Below the pieces are notes generated by a model. It saw nothing but the letters and a program-made list of their open reading frames with translations, was not told the DNA's origin and did not search any database. Shown here piece by piece: positions 1 through 13,200 of a stretch of DNA of 64,000 bases. Source of the DNA: Trichosphaerium sp. ATCC 40318. Taxonomy: Eukaryota > Protista > Tubulinea. Location of the stretch: contig JALMLS010000578.1 in the NCBI GenBank assembly GCA_038496445.1, positions 124,001 through 188,000 on the forward strand, given 5' to 3'. The position numbers and the translations under genes were made by a program. Each line of letters starts with the position of its first letter. Position 1 is the stretch's first letter.

Positions 1-1041
1 TCCCATCCGGTTCCCAGACCTCTTCTAGGCCTTCAACTTTACCGTGATTGTACACAACCCTTCGCACAACATTACCATTCGAAGCGAATACCTCACGTTT
101 ACCATGTGGCTTGCCGTCAACATAGAATATGCAGCAACGCAACTGCCCATTCGGGAACCATATCGTTCTTTTTAGTAAGTTACCTTTTGCATCACTTTCT
201 CCTTCGTACTCTTTCTGACCGTTGCTGTGCCATTTGGTTACCAACACTGTATCCTCGAGGTATTTCGTATGAGTAATAAGGTGCCCTGAAGTGTCCCACT
301 CTTTTTTTTCGTGTACTGCAACACCCTCATCGAATTGCTCTTTAGAACGCATTTGCCCATTGTAGTGCCCTTGAATCACGGTACCATGCAACAAACCATT
401 GTTATAAGTACATTTGAGCATGATTGCACCGCCGTGGTGATATTCTGTGAGTGGCCCATGGAGCTGACCTGCTTTATATGTTCTGAGTGTTTTTAAACTA
501 CCCGCCAAAAACCGTTTGTGTTGCCCCTCACGTTCTCCGTTGATGTAGTGCTTATCTACTACAACTGAACCGCGCCAATCATATTTTTTACAATGTCCAT
601 GGCGTACTCCATGCTCAAAATGAGTTTCAGCCTTGAGTGTCCCTGTTGCAGTGGTGTCAGATGTTTTCCTTTTTTTTTCGTACAAATTAGGACGCTCACC
701 TTTCCAAGTGTATTGACTCATTTTTCCGTGCAGTTTGTTTTCGAGAAACCTTGCTTTTGTTCTTAGCTTCCCGTTGAGTCTACCACGCTGTTCGGTCTTG
801 CTGTATGGCTTTTGTTGGTCGTGCCAACGCTTCCAAACGCCTCTCTTGCGCAGCTCCTGATCGAATCTTGACGTTAATGCCGCATACACGCAGAGTTCAG
901 GCCATTTGATGTAAATATCTGGAGCAAGACCATATATATGCATATGAAGCTCCACAGGTAAATCTAGGAGCGTCTGGACTTTTAGTCGGACAATTTAACG
1001 TTTATTTACTTATGAGCATCAAAACTCACCTCGCTAGCCAT
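1..1041 (-). CDS. F-box + MORN-variant (MORN_2/YwqK-like) repeat protein, multi-exon, 3' end beyond window
   Basis: Spliced minus-strand reading: MASE|VQTLLDLPVELHMHIYGL (F-box-like LxDLPxEL), then G-x-L/K-H-G repeats (e.g. NGKLRTKARFLENKLHGKMSQY). GTGAG donors and AG acceptors. Confidence 0.7.
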
Positions 1042-1188
1042 TACAGATAATAAAATATTGTTTGGCCTGCAAATTGTAGAGAATGAGGTGGATGGTGTAA
1101 GTGACACTTGAAATTTGAATGGGCAACTTATTCCAAGCGTTAAGGCAACGCCTTTATTACATCACGCACTGTTATTTACATATTTTAC

Positions 1189-2034
1189 TCAAGCCCTGCC
1201 AAGCATCCTCTCAAAGTACGTCGGCACGCGCTTAACTTTGGTAGCACTAAAGACATTAGCATGCACCTTTGTGCATCGAAGTACCGCTCTAGAGCATGAT
1301 CGTGTGCTTGCACGTTATCCATGATATCCGACTTGGGAACAAGAGGCGCTTTTTGTGTGATACCTGCAAAAAGGGGTTGTCAGAAAAAAGCACTGACATG
1401 AGTGCCAAAATTTGGTATACACGTCTTCATGTGAAGCATGCGTGTTGTGCAAAAAGAATGTAAACAGCACCTTCACAAAGTTTGGCTTCTTCCTTCCATA
1501 CTGACTCGGCCTGTACTATATCAGGCCACCAAGGGTATGTACGGCACTGTACTGGGCGATGCGCGTAAATGCTACACGACTTTTTCTCCTCTGCTCCCTA
1601 AATGTCACCACAATGCTCAAATCGCCTAAACTACGCACTCAGGAATACGCAATCATAGTAATCATCGCGAAGAATCTCCTTTAAACTGTATTTCCGTTCT
1701 TCCGCGTCCCACACCAAATACTCACTGAAAAATTTGTGCTTGGGTATATCCAAGTGTTTAGCGATGTTGTCTATGTCTGTTTGCTCCACAAAGATGCGAC
1801 CTGTATTCAAAGTCACACAAATCGCTCACCCTTTGCGTACGTCACTATTGCAGGGCGCATACCTTGCGTTTTCGCAGTGCAGCATCCACCACACCCTGTA
1901 CATTTAAAATTAAGACCTTCAGGCTCAATCCAATCCATGTTATCGTTTTGTTGGCAAACTGTACGAATTCTGTTCTTGACACTTGTGCATCTTACCAATA
2001 GAGTACGTCTCCATCGCACACATCCAGAGATCAT
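1189..2034 (-). CDS. YkgJ-family cysteine cluster protein (UPF0153, CxxCxxCC), multi-exon, Arg-rich N-terminal presequence
   Basis: GLNFKCTGCGGCC, DCVFL and CSIYAHRPVQCRTYPWW motifs across spliced exons. Confidence 0.85.
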
Positions 2035-2214
2035 CACAAACCCAGCGTTGTTGTAAAGGACGTTTTACGATATTTGACTCGTTTCAATTAGAATTGTACG
2101 GAAAAGGCAAAACACCTCTACGACCTAATTTGTATACAGCACTAGCGGACTAAGCCAATCCCTCACCACACACGCTCGGTCTTGTTAGTGGCGTTTAAAA
2201 CACTTTTCGTGCGT

Positions 2215-5200
2215 ATGGCTATGATGCAACAAACAAAAAGACGTCGCAACCCTGCCTTGGGAACTACCGTACGCTATCGAATGAGATGGGTTTATTTGTG
2301 GTTGTTAACACCAATACAGAATGGCAGAAAAAAACGCCAGCGACGCTCGACCAACGACCGCGAGCCCGACGGTACGTAAATTGAGGCACAATAAAAAAAA
2401 AAAAAAAGACAGACACAGCCGAAAATGACTTACTCTGCTACCAGAGCAATTGCTGGAGTTCTACAAAAACTTCTACGTGAACAAGGAGGGAGAATTGAGG
2501 TTCGTTACACTTTTATGGCATGTTTATCTTTATAACGGTCGCTAGCATGTGGTTTTACCGCAAAGAATCGCTCAAGGTGGCCATCCTCCGAAATAAATAC
2601 CCTTCTGTAATTTCCATTGGAGGAATACCTGACAACTACAAGGAATGCAGAGTGGTAACAGATGAACCAGAAGCCATAAGGCCGGACACACTTCTCGTAA
2701 GTTATATGAACACGCATTTGGTGCTGGCTGCTCAGCGCTGCTATCGCTAAAATTTATGGATACAACTAGCGCGAGAATCAACTTTTTGCTTTTTTTTTGC
2801 GCGACGCACGTGATTGTTCTTTTTTTATTTCGTATATTCGGCAGCCTTTTCTCCAGCAAATCGCACAATTGTAGTTCGCGCGCACACATTTCGGCGAGAC
2901 GGTTTGTCACGGGTTTTTTTTCTTAACTCGTTTTTAGGTCCACATTGACTTCCCTGAGCTACAGCTAAACCCGAACGAGTCGTTGAGTAATCTGGTCCGT
3001 TTTTCGCCGTTGAAATATAACAACAAAACGCAAAGATATGAAGTCGAGATGGTCATGGACGTCCGATGCCCTTCCAAGTACTTTCCGGGTTTCAAGGCAT
3101 GGCAATGATGACATACGTTCCCCGCTAACACCTGTCTCAGGGCAAGAAGAAGACACTAGCAGTTTGTGTATATTTTTTTCAAGGTCCTCACTTACAAACA
3201 CTCAGATTGGAACACAAATTCGATCTCTACCGGCCAGAGAAAAATTCAATGTATCCTAAGTTAACTGATCTTGTGGATCCTTCTAAACCTCACCAACAAC
3301 ACTCTGCCCGATTTTATCCTCACAACGAGATGATACCTCGCCAACCGGAGAGTTATCTCGAAAGTATAGTGCCAACAAGTACAACTACGATCGCACCACA
3401 AGAGTTTATGGTAATAGAAGGTATAAAGACGCCATTCTATATTTAAATTCTCCCTGCGCTAGTTCGTAAAATATTTTTGAAAAGTTGTTCCAAATACCGT
3501 TAAACACCCACTAAAAAAGGCGATTAGGTAGGAACTTACCGGATAATATGCGTGTCCGTTTCACACTGGAATCCAACGACTCAATCGAAAAAAATGTTGA
3601 AGGCTCAGTTACAAACAGGCAGTTTTGTAAATGTCGCATACCCAGCATTCAAGAGTTTGGCTTTGTAGATTTTACCGGTACTATTATTGCATATGTCACT
3701 TTGGACTCGTATGACAATACCATACCGTTTATCAAGGGACAGCTGACCTTCCAATACATAAGAGGTACAAAGACAGTTGATATGCGTAAAGATATTATTG
3801 TATCAGATATTTAGGAGTTTTTTTGTTTTCTTGTTTCTCAAGTCTTTCTTCACAAAAACAAGCTATAACGCAAATTTGAATTCTGTGGTGTTGTATGTTT
3901 ACAGGTTGTTTTAGCCATCACCTCAGAAGAACAACTTATGGGGTCTATCATGAATGGTAACATTAGCAGTAATTGGTTTGACGACTATGGTCGCAATTTA
4001 TTCCACAACGTTGCTCCACTGGACGATATATCACCGTATCCTGTGAATTATCTATTGAACAATGGCGTCGATATTAATCGGTCTGACCAGCATGGCATTA
4101 CACCACTCCACATTGCCGTCTTGTCTAGAAACTTTAGAGCTGTTAAGATATTCCTAAATCATGGTGCTAGTCCCAGCCTCCACATGAAGGTAACTAAAGC
4201 CTTGCCATCATCCTGATTTTCTCGTTTTTTGTTCATAACTTGTTTATCGCGTTCCACTTTGGAGACACGTATCTAATCCTTTTTAAGGACATCAATGGCG
4301 AAACGCCTATGGATCTTGCCAGACGCAATGGATTATTTAGCATCGTCCAAGAGTTGTTGCAATATTACTTGGTGCGTCACACGGATTGCAAATCCCAAAC
4401 TCAAAATGTGTGTCACCATTCCTTATTCATCGTAGCCCGACATGGTAGTAGATCGCAGCAGACTAGTGGACATTCTTCGTGGCATTAAAAAATACAAAGA
4501 TCAAATTTTGACATTTAAACCAGGTGTTCTCCTCAACATTGAGGATTACGCTTTGAAGGCCCTATGTTATATTTGCTATGCGCATTCGTCTGTATGTCAC
4601 CTTCCTTATTCCAACTTTATTGTTTTATCGCTTACCTGGTCGCCTAGAATTACCCATCGCTTTTCCGGTTCGATGAAGAATCAGGCTTTTTTCAATTCAA
4701 AGTGTCGACTGACATCCTCACCGCCACTGGTCTACTCGAACGCTTAAAAGCCCCAAAAGCACAGATCAACTTGAAGCACTTGCGTCCACTTGACCCAATG
4801 GAGTTGGATCAACCAAAGACGCTAGCTCAGATGGGTACGTTGTGGTTTCTCTAAATCACCACTTTTTTCCTGTATTTGCCCCACATAATCATCAAAAATA
4901 TTAATTTCGTACTTGCAGTTGAATTATTGGTGATGGACTTGTCTAATGGCATGTCGAATATGGCATTGAACATTATCAAGTGCAAAACAAAAAATTTAAA
5001 AATACCAGAGCAGCTCATGGCACTTGCATTGGCGACACATGTTGCTGCGAAAAAGCTAATTGATATTGCACGCAAGTGTGCCGATACCAACTATGAAAAG
5101 TTTCCTAGCATCAGGGAGACCGTCATCAACGCGACTTCTACCCTTGAGGGCGAAACCACACGCATGTACAATGCCATCAGCAAGATGCAAGCCACTCCAG

Positions 5201-8200
5201 ATTCGCATCGTTGGTGGGTTACTTTTGGAAAGGTTTGCAAGTCCTTGACGGAGAGCACCATTCAATTGCTTGCCATTTTCCACGAAGCTATCACAAAGCG
5301 TCTTTTCGTTCAAGCAGATCGTATTTTGCGGGTACGGCGTTCTTCTATTGACTTTATTGTATTCCACACGTGAATATCTGTGTACACATCTTAATTTGTT
5401 TTTTAGGCCATTGAGAATTTTAACACAAACACTGCTGACAGTAATCCTTCTGGGTTTGCTAATGGTGCGAGTGACATTGCAACAGATGCTCAACGACTCG
5501 CCAAATGGACCAAAGAAAAGTCACGTGGTGCGTTAGCGGATTTTGGTGATTACAACTTTGTTGTTTAACCGATTTATTGCTTAGATATTGATGCACCAGG
5601 CCACAGAGCCGAGTTTCAAAGATTGGCAAGTGAATTGAGGAATCTTGGTTACAGACTGATTGAAGGAGCGAACGACTATCTCCCTGAACCGGATAACATT
5701 GAAAAGCTGGAAAGGGTTGAGGACGTGATTGAAGAGATCAAGTACACGACGCAAGTCACGAAGCAAACGTTGCAAAAGCGATTGAGGCCTGTAGATCACT
5801 TTAACAGGATCAACAAATGGCGTCGCGGCTCCGCAGGGGACCCTGAAGTGGCTTGCAAACAGCTGTACCGCGCAGTGAAGCAGCTCGACACCATTAAACC
5901 AAAAATGAAAAAGGCGGTTGGAGAACAAAACACAGAGGACGTTTTGAAAGTAGCCAAACAGCTACTCGTTCCGTTGGACTTGATATACGACGCTGTTGCC
6001 ACACCAAGAGATGAACTCACGTCAGCAGCCGAGGACTTGAAGTACTCGCTCTCACAGGTCACTTCAGGAGCAGTCAAAGGTGATGAGAATCTCACACGGC
6101 GAGCAGTGCGCTCCATGTCCCAGTACGTTCATCCGAATTAAGACTAGGTTGTTTGGGGTTTTTAACCAGAGTTTAGCGCCAAAAAACGATTAACTCACGC
6201 TGCACGAGAATTTTTGCACTCAACCATCGACTCTGAGCGAAAACGAAGATTTTGCAATGAGGCATTTGAAGTCCAACGCCTCGTCAATGTTAGCGCTAGG
6301 GTTGCATCTCAGATGCTCAGTGAGTTGAATAAAGCTCCAGCGGATACATCAGCTAGAAACCACGCGTTAATGGACGCGCGTTTGGCACTTGCACGCTCAG
6401 TAGAGCGTCTCCTAAGGTAAATTTTCGCATTTTAGCCTTTTTTTTTTTTAAAGGTCAATGGCCACTTGTGTACGACGATTTACTAACGAGAATACGCTTT
6501 TAGTGTCTGTGATCTAGCTCCTCAGGAAAAGACAATGGCTGAATGTACAAAAGCACTGGAACAGTCAGTCGAGTTTTTGAGGGCGGCAATGCTCGAATTG
6601 GATGTACAACACTTGACAGACGCCTTCCAAGTGCTGTCTCGTTGTGGAGAGGAGCTCCTATATGCGTACTCGAGACGTTTGGGCGTTCTTCAATCATCGC
6701 AGCAGAATCCAGAAGAGTTCAAACAGCTTCGTAAGCTTTGGGGCAAATACAGAGAAAAACGAGAAGCCATTGTAGAAAATAGCTGTGAAGAGACTATAGC
6801 TGATTTTAACAAATGGTACCTTTTATAACTAACTACTACTGCTGCATGGGTTTTTGTGTTAACATTCATTCTACCAAAAGGGGCGCCGACATGATAGCAC
6901 ATGCAAACAAAGTACTCAGAAGCGTTAAAGCAGACGTACTTGTACCGTTACAACGGGTGGAAGTGGCTATAAAGGACTTGGAAAACAGCATCAAGTACGT
7001 GGGTTGGCAACAGCGCACTAGCCACTATCATTTAAAATCTCGTGTTGGAAATTATTAACCGTGCCATTTCCTATTAGTTGCTATCGTGGTAGAGCCAACG
7101 TTACTAGTGTTACAGCCGCTGCAAATTTTCTTTCAGAAGCGTACGTTTCTGACATTAGCACGTGGTTATGCTAACCTCTGGTTTAGTGTACGAGAACTAG
7201 GTGAAGAGTTTGAACCGCCAAAGGAAGTGAGCCAACTGATTTCTTCAGTACCCAAGCTTGCTGAGGTACCCCACATATAAATTCGAATATTTTAACAGTC
7301 TTGTGCAATCAACTTAAACAGAAATGTAGACGATGATCAAATTGGCTACAGACTCTTTGAAGGATCCAATGAACACTGGAAAGAAACATATAGTCTCTGA
7401 GTTTGCAAAGCGCATCAGATACCCTCTAGTGCTGGCCCAATACACCGTAAGGAACGATAGTCCAAACCTAAAGATACAAAGAGAGGTCGCTAGAGTTTCA
7501 GCGCGCCTGGCCGATATTTCAGAGTCTCTGCGCAAGAAAGATAAACCATCTTTAGAAGTGGCTGTCAACAAAACGGTAGTAGCCATGAAGCACCTCTACG
7601 AAGCGTCAAAGGCTAACACAGACAGTACGCACTTCGATAAATTTTTGCAGAATTTTCTCAAAAATGGCGACACGCTTACGTACCCACTCCTAGAGCTACA
7701 ATTACCTCCTTACAAACGTGATCAAATCAGAAAAGCCAACAGATCATTGGAGTTGGCGAGCGGTTTATTGAAAAAGGTGTGGAATGAGGAACCGATCAAG
7801 GTCGCCAGAGCAATCAATGTCATCAAAACTTGCCTGGATGGTATGGAAAAGTGTTACAGATCAAACATCAAGGCTGATTTGATTGGCGCAAGATCCAAAA
7901 TAAGGTACGTCTATCGCGTAACCAACTGGTCTCTTTGATACCACATCAGTTTTTGTGGTTTTACGTAACTGATTCTGTAGGTCAGCTATTGGCATTATGC
8001 ACAGTACTGGTAGCGATGAGCATTTGGGTTCGATCAAATCGAAATCACTTTGTGATGCTGGCAAAGAGATGCGAGAGACCATCGCCGAGTTGACATCTAC
8101 TTCAATGGCATGGGCGACACAACAGATGAGGGAGACAGGCAAGGATTACACCGACATTATCAAAGAAGCGCAACAAAATGATGGTCTCGATTCGCTCTTA

Positions 8201-8889
8201 AGTTCCTTGAGCAAATTGAAACTGGATGATGCGTCATATGAGATGCACGTCGACAACCTGTCCAAGCAAGAATTTGAAAAGGCAATACAAGTACGCACAC
8301 ATCCCCGTTTTTATTTGATACGTCAAGAGATGGCCACTAATGTTGTATTGTGTAGGAAGTCGCTACAGTGGTCACAGCCGCCGCACGCGATCAAGACGAA
8401 CGTGTCCCAGAGGCTGAACCTATTGCAAAGGAGCTGTTCACGTTAGCCCAGGCAGCCAAGACAGGCAAACGAAAGGTACACAAGTTTAATGCGTTTTTTA
8501 CCCAAACTCACAATTAATTAAGGCGATGGTAAAAGCTTCACAGCAATTGGTTCACCTGATACAACAGTTCATTGGCAGCATGCGAAGCCTTGCTGAGATG
8601 GCAGCTACGAAGAGTTCAATGTACCAAGACAAACTCATGGCCCTCAGCCAAATCTTGAACAACTATGCCGTACACATCAACATTATGGTCGCTGTAAAGG
8701 CAGCCGTAATTGAAGTTACAGCTGACGCCGACGAATCCCTAGCGTCTTTAACAAGGTGCGTCCTATTTAGCGTTCCGTTTATTGTACATCCTATACTAAC
8801 ACGCTCTCAGATCTTTTGGTAGTCTAATGACGGAGTCTGTGAATGTAGTATCTATTACTAAGAGCGCAATCCTCAAATTACAAGGCTAA
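2215..8889 (+). CDS. Vinculin/alpha-catenin family protein with N-terminal NLS, putative DNA-binding beta-domain, IPT/TIG domain and ankyrin repeats (many exons)
   Basis: Phase-consistent exon chain. KRRR..RKKRQRR (2215-2371). IPT/TIG-like ESIVPTS..VIEG|RNLPDNMRVRF..CRIPS..LTFQYIR (3350-3765). Ankyrins GITPLHIAV, GETPMDLA (3960-4370). Vinculin head-like LTESTIQLLAIFHEAITKRLF (~5250-5310; compare vinculin [21 protein letters not shown]). Vinculin tail-like DKLMALSQILNNYAVHINIMVAVKAA..DESLASL (8526-8889). Confidence 0.75.
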
Positions 8890-9033
8890 CAAAGAGGAGA
8901 AAAAAGAAAGAAAAAAAAAAGCCCCTAAACATAAATTTTTTGTGATCATACAGAGAAGGTGTGGTGTCTAGCAACGCCGGGTATGTGTAAATTGTACATA
9001 AATAAACAAACGAGCTTTATGGTCATACTTTGG

Positions 9034-9812
9034 TTATTGGGCTAGGTGCTTAGTTACAAACGTTATAACTTCGTCCAGTGTTTTTGCTATTGGCACACTG
9101 CTAGGCAGAGATGGTATGGTACCATCCTCACCGAGGAACGCTATAACTGGCTTGTTGTAGGCGCCGCAAAGGTTGACTTCAGATGAAGTACCAGCACCAC
9201 CAGGGAGCGCCACAATCACATCTAAATGTGATAATCAGTAATTTACTGTAATAAGCGACACTAAAATACCTGATGAAAGAATATTGATGTGATTACGGCT
9301 CATGGGTTCCTTGAGGTGCATAATTAGGTGATACGCGAGCTTCTCGCTAAAGTAAGCGTACTGTGCCTTCTGTGCCGAGTTGATAGAGATGAGTCCGTAT
9401 AGGTACCTCAATGTACGCATTGATAAATTCTATCACGTGGGTTTAGCATAAAACCGGAAAGTATGACGAAGAATCGCCGTACCCTTGTCACATCCCTTGA
9501 ATTGTCCATTGTCAAGCTTGTGACCTGGGCTGATGCCAATTGAAACACCTTTACGTCCTGTTTCAGAGCAAAACGCTTTAGACACGCTCCTACCGCCTTG
9601 TTAGTATTTTTACAAGCGTACGCTACCCTTTACGCCATTGTGCCGCCACCGCCACCTGTTAAAAGATTGAATCCTACTCTCGTTACTCGATACACATTAT
9701 AAAGAAGGTTGTTGCCTGTTTTCGCTATCCATTTCCCAAGAGGCTCTGCCAGACTGTTGTTTGGGTTTTGTGCTGAGCCCATGACGCCAATCGTCTGTAA
9801 GCGCGTTGCCAT
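9034..9812 (-). CDS. SLOG/LOG-superfamily Rossmann protein (TIGR00725 / molybdenum cofactor carrier-like), multi-exon
   Basis: IGVMGS, LLTGGGGGTM, SRNHINILSS, VALPGGAGTSSEV, KPVIAF motifs. Confidence 0.85.
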
Positions 9813-10222
9813 TGCGAAAGGAGTGTAAATTGTTGGCTTACGTTGTCTCAATGTTTAAGAGTATTCAATGAACGCTACGGGCTGTGTGCCTCCTTATCTC
9901 ATTCGCCTATTGGGTGCTACTGCGCTTGTTGATTATTTGTGTTTGCGTTCTACATTGCAATTGGGAGGCTAATTACGCGTTCCCAAAAACCCCAACAGCA
10001 GTTATTATACTAGTCCCTGCCTCCCCTTCGCTTACATGAGACTTTACACGTCCTGAATACTATCCACAGTTTTTCGGCAACGTGAACCTACGACCCTCCA
10101 TAGAATTTAGAAGCGTACGCGAAGGTAGGGGTTGTTACTGCTGAGGGTTGACTTATCTTTCCCCGCTTGTTTTTTTTGTATTTAATTCCACCCTTTCACA
10201 GCAACAAGACACAAATGCCACA

Positions 10223-13200
10223 ATGAAGAAGATAATATCTAATCTCCGCGAGCGACGCAACACCCTTGGACACGTGCGTTTATTTATTGAGGCTATACAC
10301 AAAAAAAGCCTTATATTTTCGACGTTTAACCTGTATTGTCTATAAACAGGGGCCGGCACCTGTAGTGTTCAAATCGTGGCTACATGTGAAGAGTTCATCA
10401 AAATGGATGTTAAAATGGTGTGTTTTAAGACCCCACGATGCCATAGACGTATACGACGAACCAGAGGTGCGTGTAGCAAGTTCTTCGTTCAGTCCTTCAA
10501 TGCAGAACAAACAACCAGTGAGGCAGCGCATACTTGTTTGTGTGTACTTCCAACGTGGCTGCAATTTACTATTTGCCGTATTTCTTCAGTTTTTTTTGTC
10601 AACCTTTGCGTCGTTTCAGTTTGTGCCGCAAAAAAATGATAGGACACGATTTTTAACGAGTCGCGAAGATAAATCACGTGACTCGAAAAGTAGGAAAAGG
10701 CAGCGCCTAACATGGTCGTCGAAATGGATCGCGCGGTATTAGATCTCATTCAAGATGGCAGCAATAGCGTGTTTTACGTACGCAAGCGAGATGGGTCAAA
10801 AGTGCTGTTTAGGTATGAGCCCTTTTTGTTATTGGATTGTCACTAAAAAAAAAACCAAAAAAAAAAGATTAAAACCATTGTTACAATTTACTGACTAACT
10901 GTGCTCAAGTGGCGACGAGGTAGGGACTTTATTTTAGAAATCCAAAGTTCACTTAATGCAGGCAGTGATGACTGATTGGCTAAGGACGCTCAAAGTGCGG
11001 TTCGGGTACACACACAAATAACACAACCAAATTTCTACAACTAGATTTGGACTCACACGTTTCCTTTTGTTGCTATTTCAGCTTTTTATTAGTTTTTATT
11101 CTTATCTGGCCTACCATTGTTGCTACGATTATATTGCCGTGTTAACCACGTGTTATAGACAGACACTATATTGTCGCTATGCAAATCCTGATATTCGACG
11201 CCGTTGCTTCACTCTGTGGTTGAATGCCCACTTACAGAGTCACAGTACCAAAGTGGCTGATTTATTTGTTGATATAAGGCACGTATCAATAATAATAAAG
11301 CCGTTCTTACAAACCATGAAGAGATGGCAATATCATATTAAAGCTGTTGCAAGCTATATTCAAAAAGTCAATTTCAGGTGTCTACAAGAACCCTAAAAAC
11401 GATTCTGAGGCATTGAAAAACGTCAAAAAGATGCTCGCTTACTTCCACAAATTCGGCGGCGATTGCACGGGTAAGAATCCCTCTTGTCTCCTTCCATAGA
11501 GTCCAACAATATTGTTACAGGTATCGAGGCGTTGGAAATAGTAAAAGGAGAGAGACAGTCAATACTAGAGATCATTTGGCGAATCGTTGGTATGACAACC
11601 CTGCAACCCTTGTTTCCGAATGTAACGCATTTTTCTACAGCGTTCTTGTTCGATACAGGCAAACAGAAAGACAAGGAAAAGTTTTTATTCAAGTGGATAA
11701 AAGAGATTACAGGTGTTCGCGTTAGGGCTCTATCAAGCGGCTTTGAGGATGGCAAAGTTTTTCTACTCATCGCGATGGCACTTTTTACAGACAAAATAGA
11801 CATGAACGCGGCTGCTGCACTAATGAAGGTACCTCTCAATAAACTTAGACTTTGTTTGTTGTTGACACATTTTAAAAAACTAGGTTGAAGATGACGTTGT
11901 AGCACGCCATCGAATGGCTTTTGCCAGTTTTCAAGAGTTTGGCGGGATTCCACAGGTAATAAACTTCAACATCCACCAACCTGCCCAGACACTGACTTAT
12001 CTAGCTGCTTTCGCCATACGATTTTATTCAAGTGCCAGATGATATCTCCTTATTCACCTTCCTCACGTGGGTTTACCACGTGTCTTCACAGTTCAAGGTG
12101 ACAGTACCGAATATATCCCTTTACGACACTAAAACAACAGCACCTTCGAAGCCTAAACCGCGTGAAAACGCCAAGACCTCGCCAAAAGCGAAAAGGCGAC
12201 ATACCAGACAAAAATCGAGTGGACCGGAAAGGATGAAGAGAGCTGCCAAGAACGGGCGCGATAGATCACATCGTCTATCTATGAGCGAGAAACAGCGTTT
12301 GGCAATGTTAGGTTTTGAAATTGACGAGAGCTCTAGTATGGGTCCACCGCCAGAGCCATCCGCCTCAACTTCACCTCTACCGAGTGATTCAGAGACTGAC
12401 AGCCTGCGCAGCGAAAATTCAGAAGAATCCTTACCGATAGAGAAGCGCTCCAAGTTTGGTGGTAGAGGTCGTTCAGAATCTTCATATGCGCCTCCAAAAC
12501 CGCCTGCTGAAATTCTTGAGCAACAAGTACCAAAGGAACCTCCAAAAGAAAAAACAAGACAACGTGAGCTGTCTGACTTTGAAATGCAAATCCAATCCGG
12601 ATTAACGGACATGGAGGCTATGTTCAACGACTTGGATGAACTTAAGGACGTACGATTACTAACTACTACTTTTTTGTTGTACTTTTCATACAACTGACAC
12701 ACTGGTAACTCAGGAGATGGCAATACTTGTAGACGAGATTGAAGAGTCTTTTTCAGAGATAGAAAAAAGAGAGATGCAAGAAGCCATAGAAAAGATACAA
12801 CCCAAACCAGATCCTGATCTAATCCCACCAGAGCCAGAGCCAGAGCCTGAACCAGAGACCACTCCAGGAATTGTTATTAACCAAGAAGAGCCAGCACTCA
12901 ACTTGGTGCGTAACAAGTATTTTAAAAGGGCTTTCTTCTAATGGTGTGAAATCTTAGGTAGAGAAGAAGCCAGCCAGAGCGACAGGTCCCAAAGGCAGAG
13001 GACGTGCAAAGGTAAACAAACATAATATTTCAAATTTTTTGTTGTATCCGCCGAACTCACTACAGAATAAGGCCCGTGTGCAGTCACAACACTTTGAACG
13101 TGCCAATAAAGTCACCAAAGAAGAACCAGAGTTTGAAGCGCCTAAGATGGAAGAAGGGAAATTCAACATTGGAAAGCTTTACATCAAATGTACAAAAAAA

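Noticed and set aside
2321-2371. ATG at 2321 as the start of the vinculin-fusion gene
   Set aside because: Its frame hits TGA in the next exon. ATG 2215 with an extra intron gives a continuous frame.
2215-3300. CAMTA CG-1 domain upstream of TIG-ANK
   Set aside because: No CG-1 signature (FRKDGHNWRKKK..E.H..LK) and no IQ motifs.
12121-12916. Long minus-strand ORFs (235 aa, 68 aa) and a CCAGAG hexamer repeat
   Set aside because: Antisense shadows of the RasGAP gene's low-complexity exons; the repeat encodes PEPEPE.
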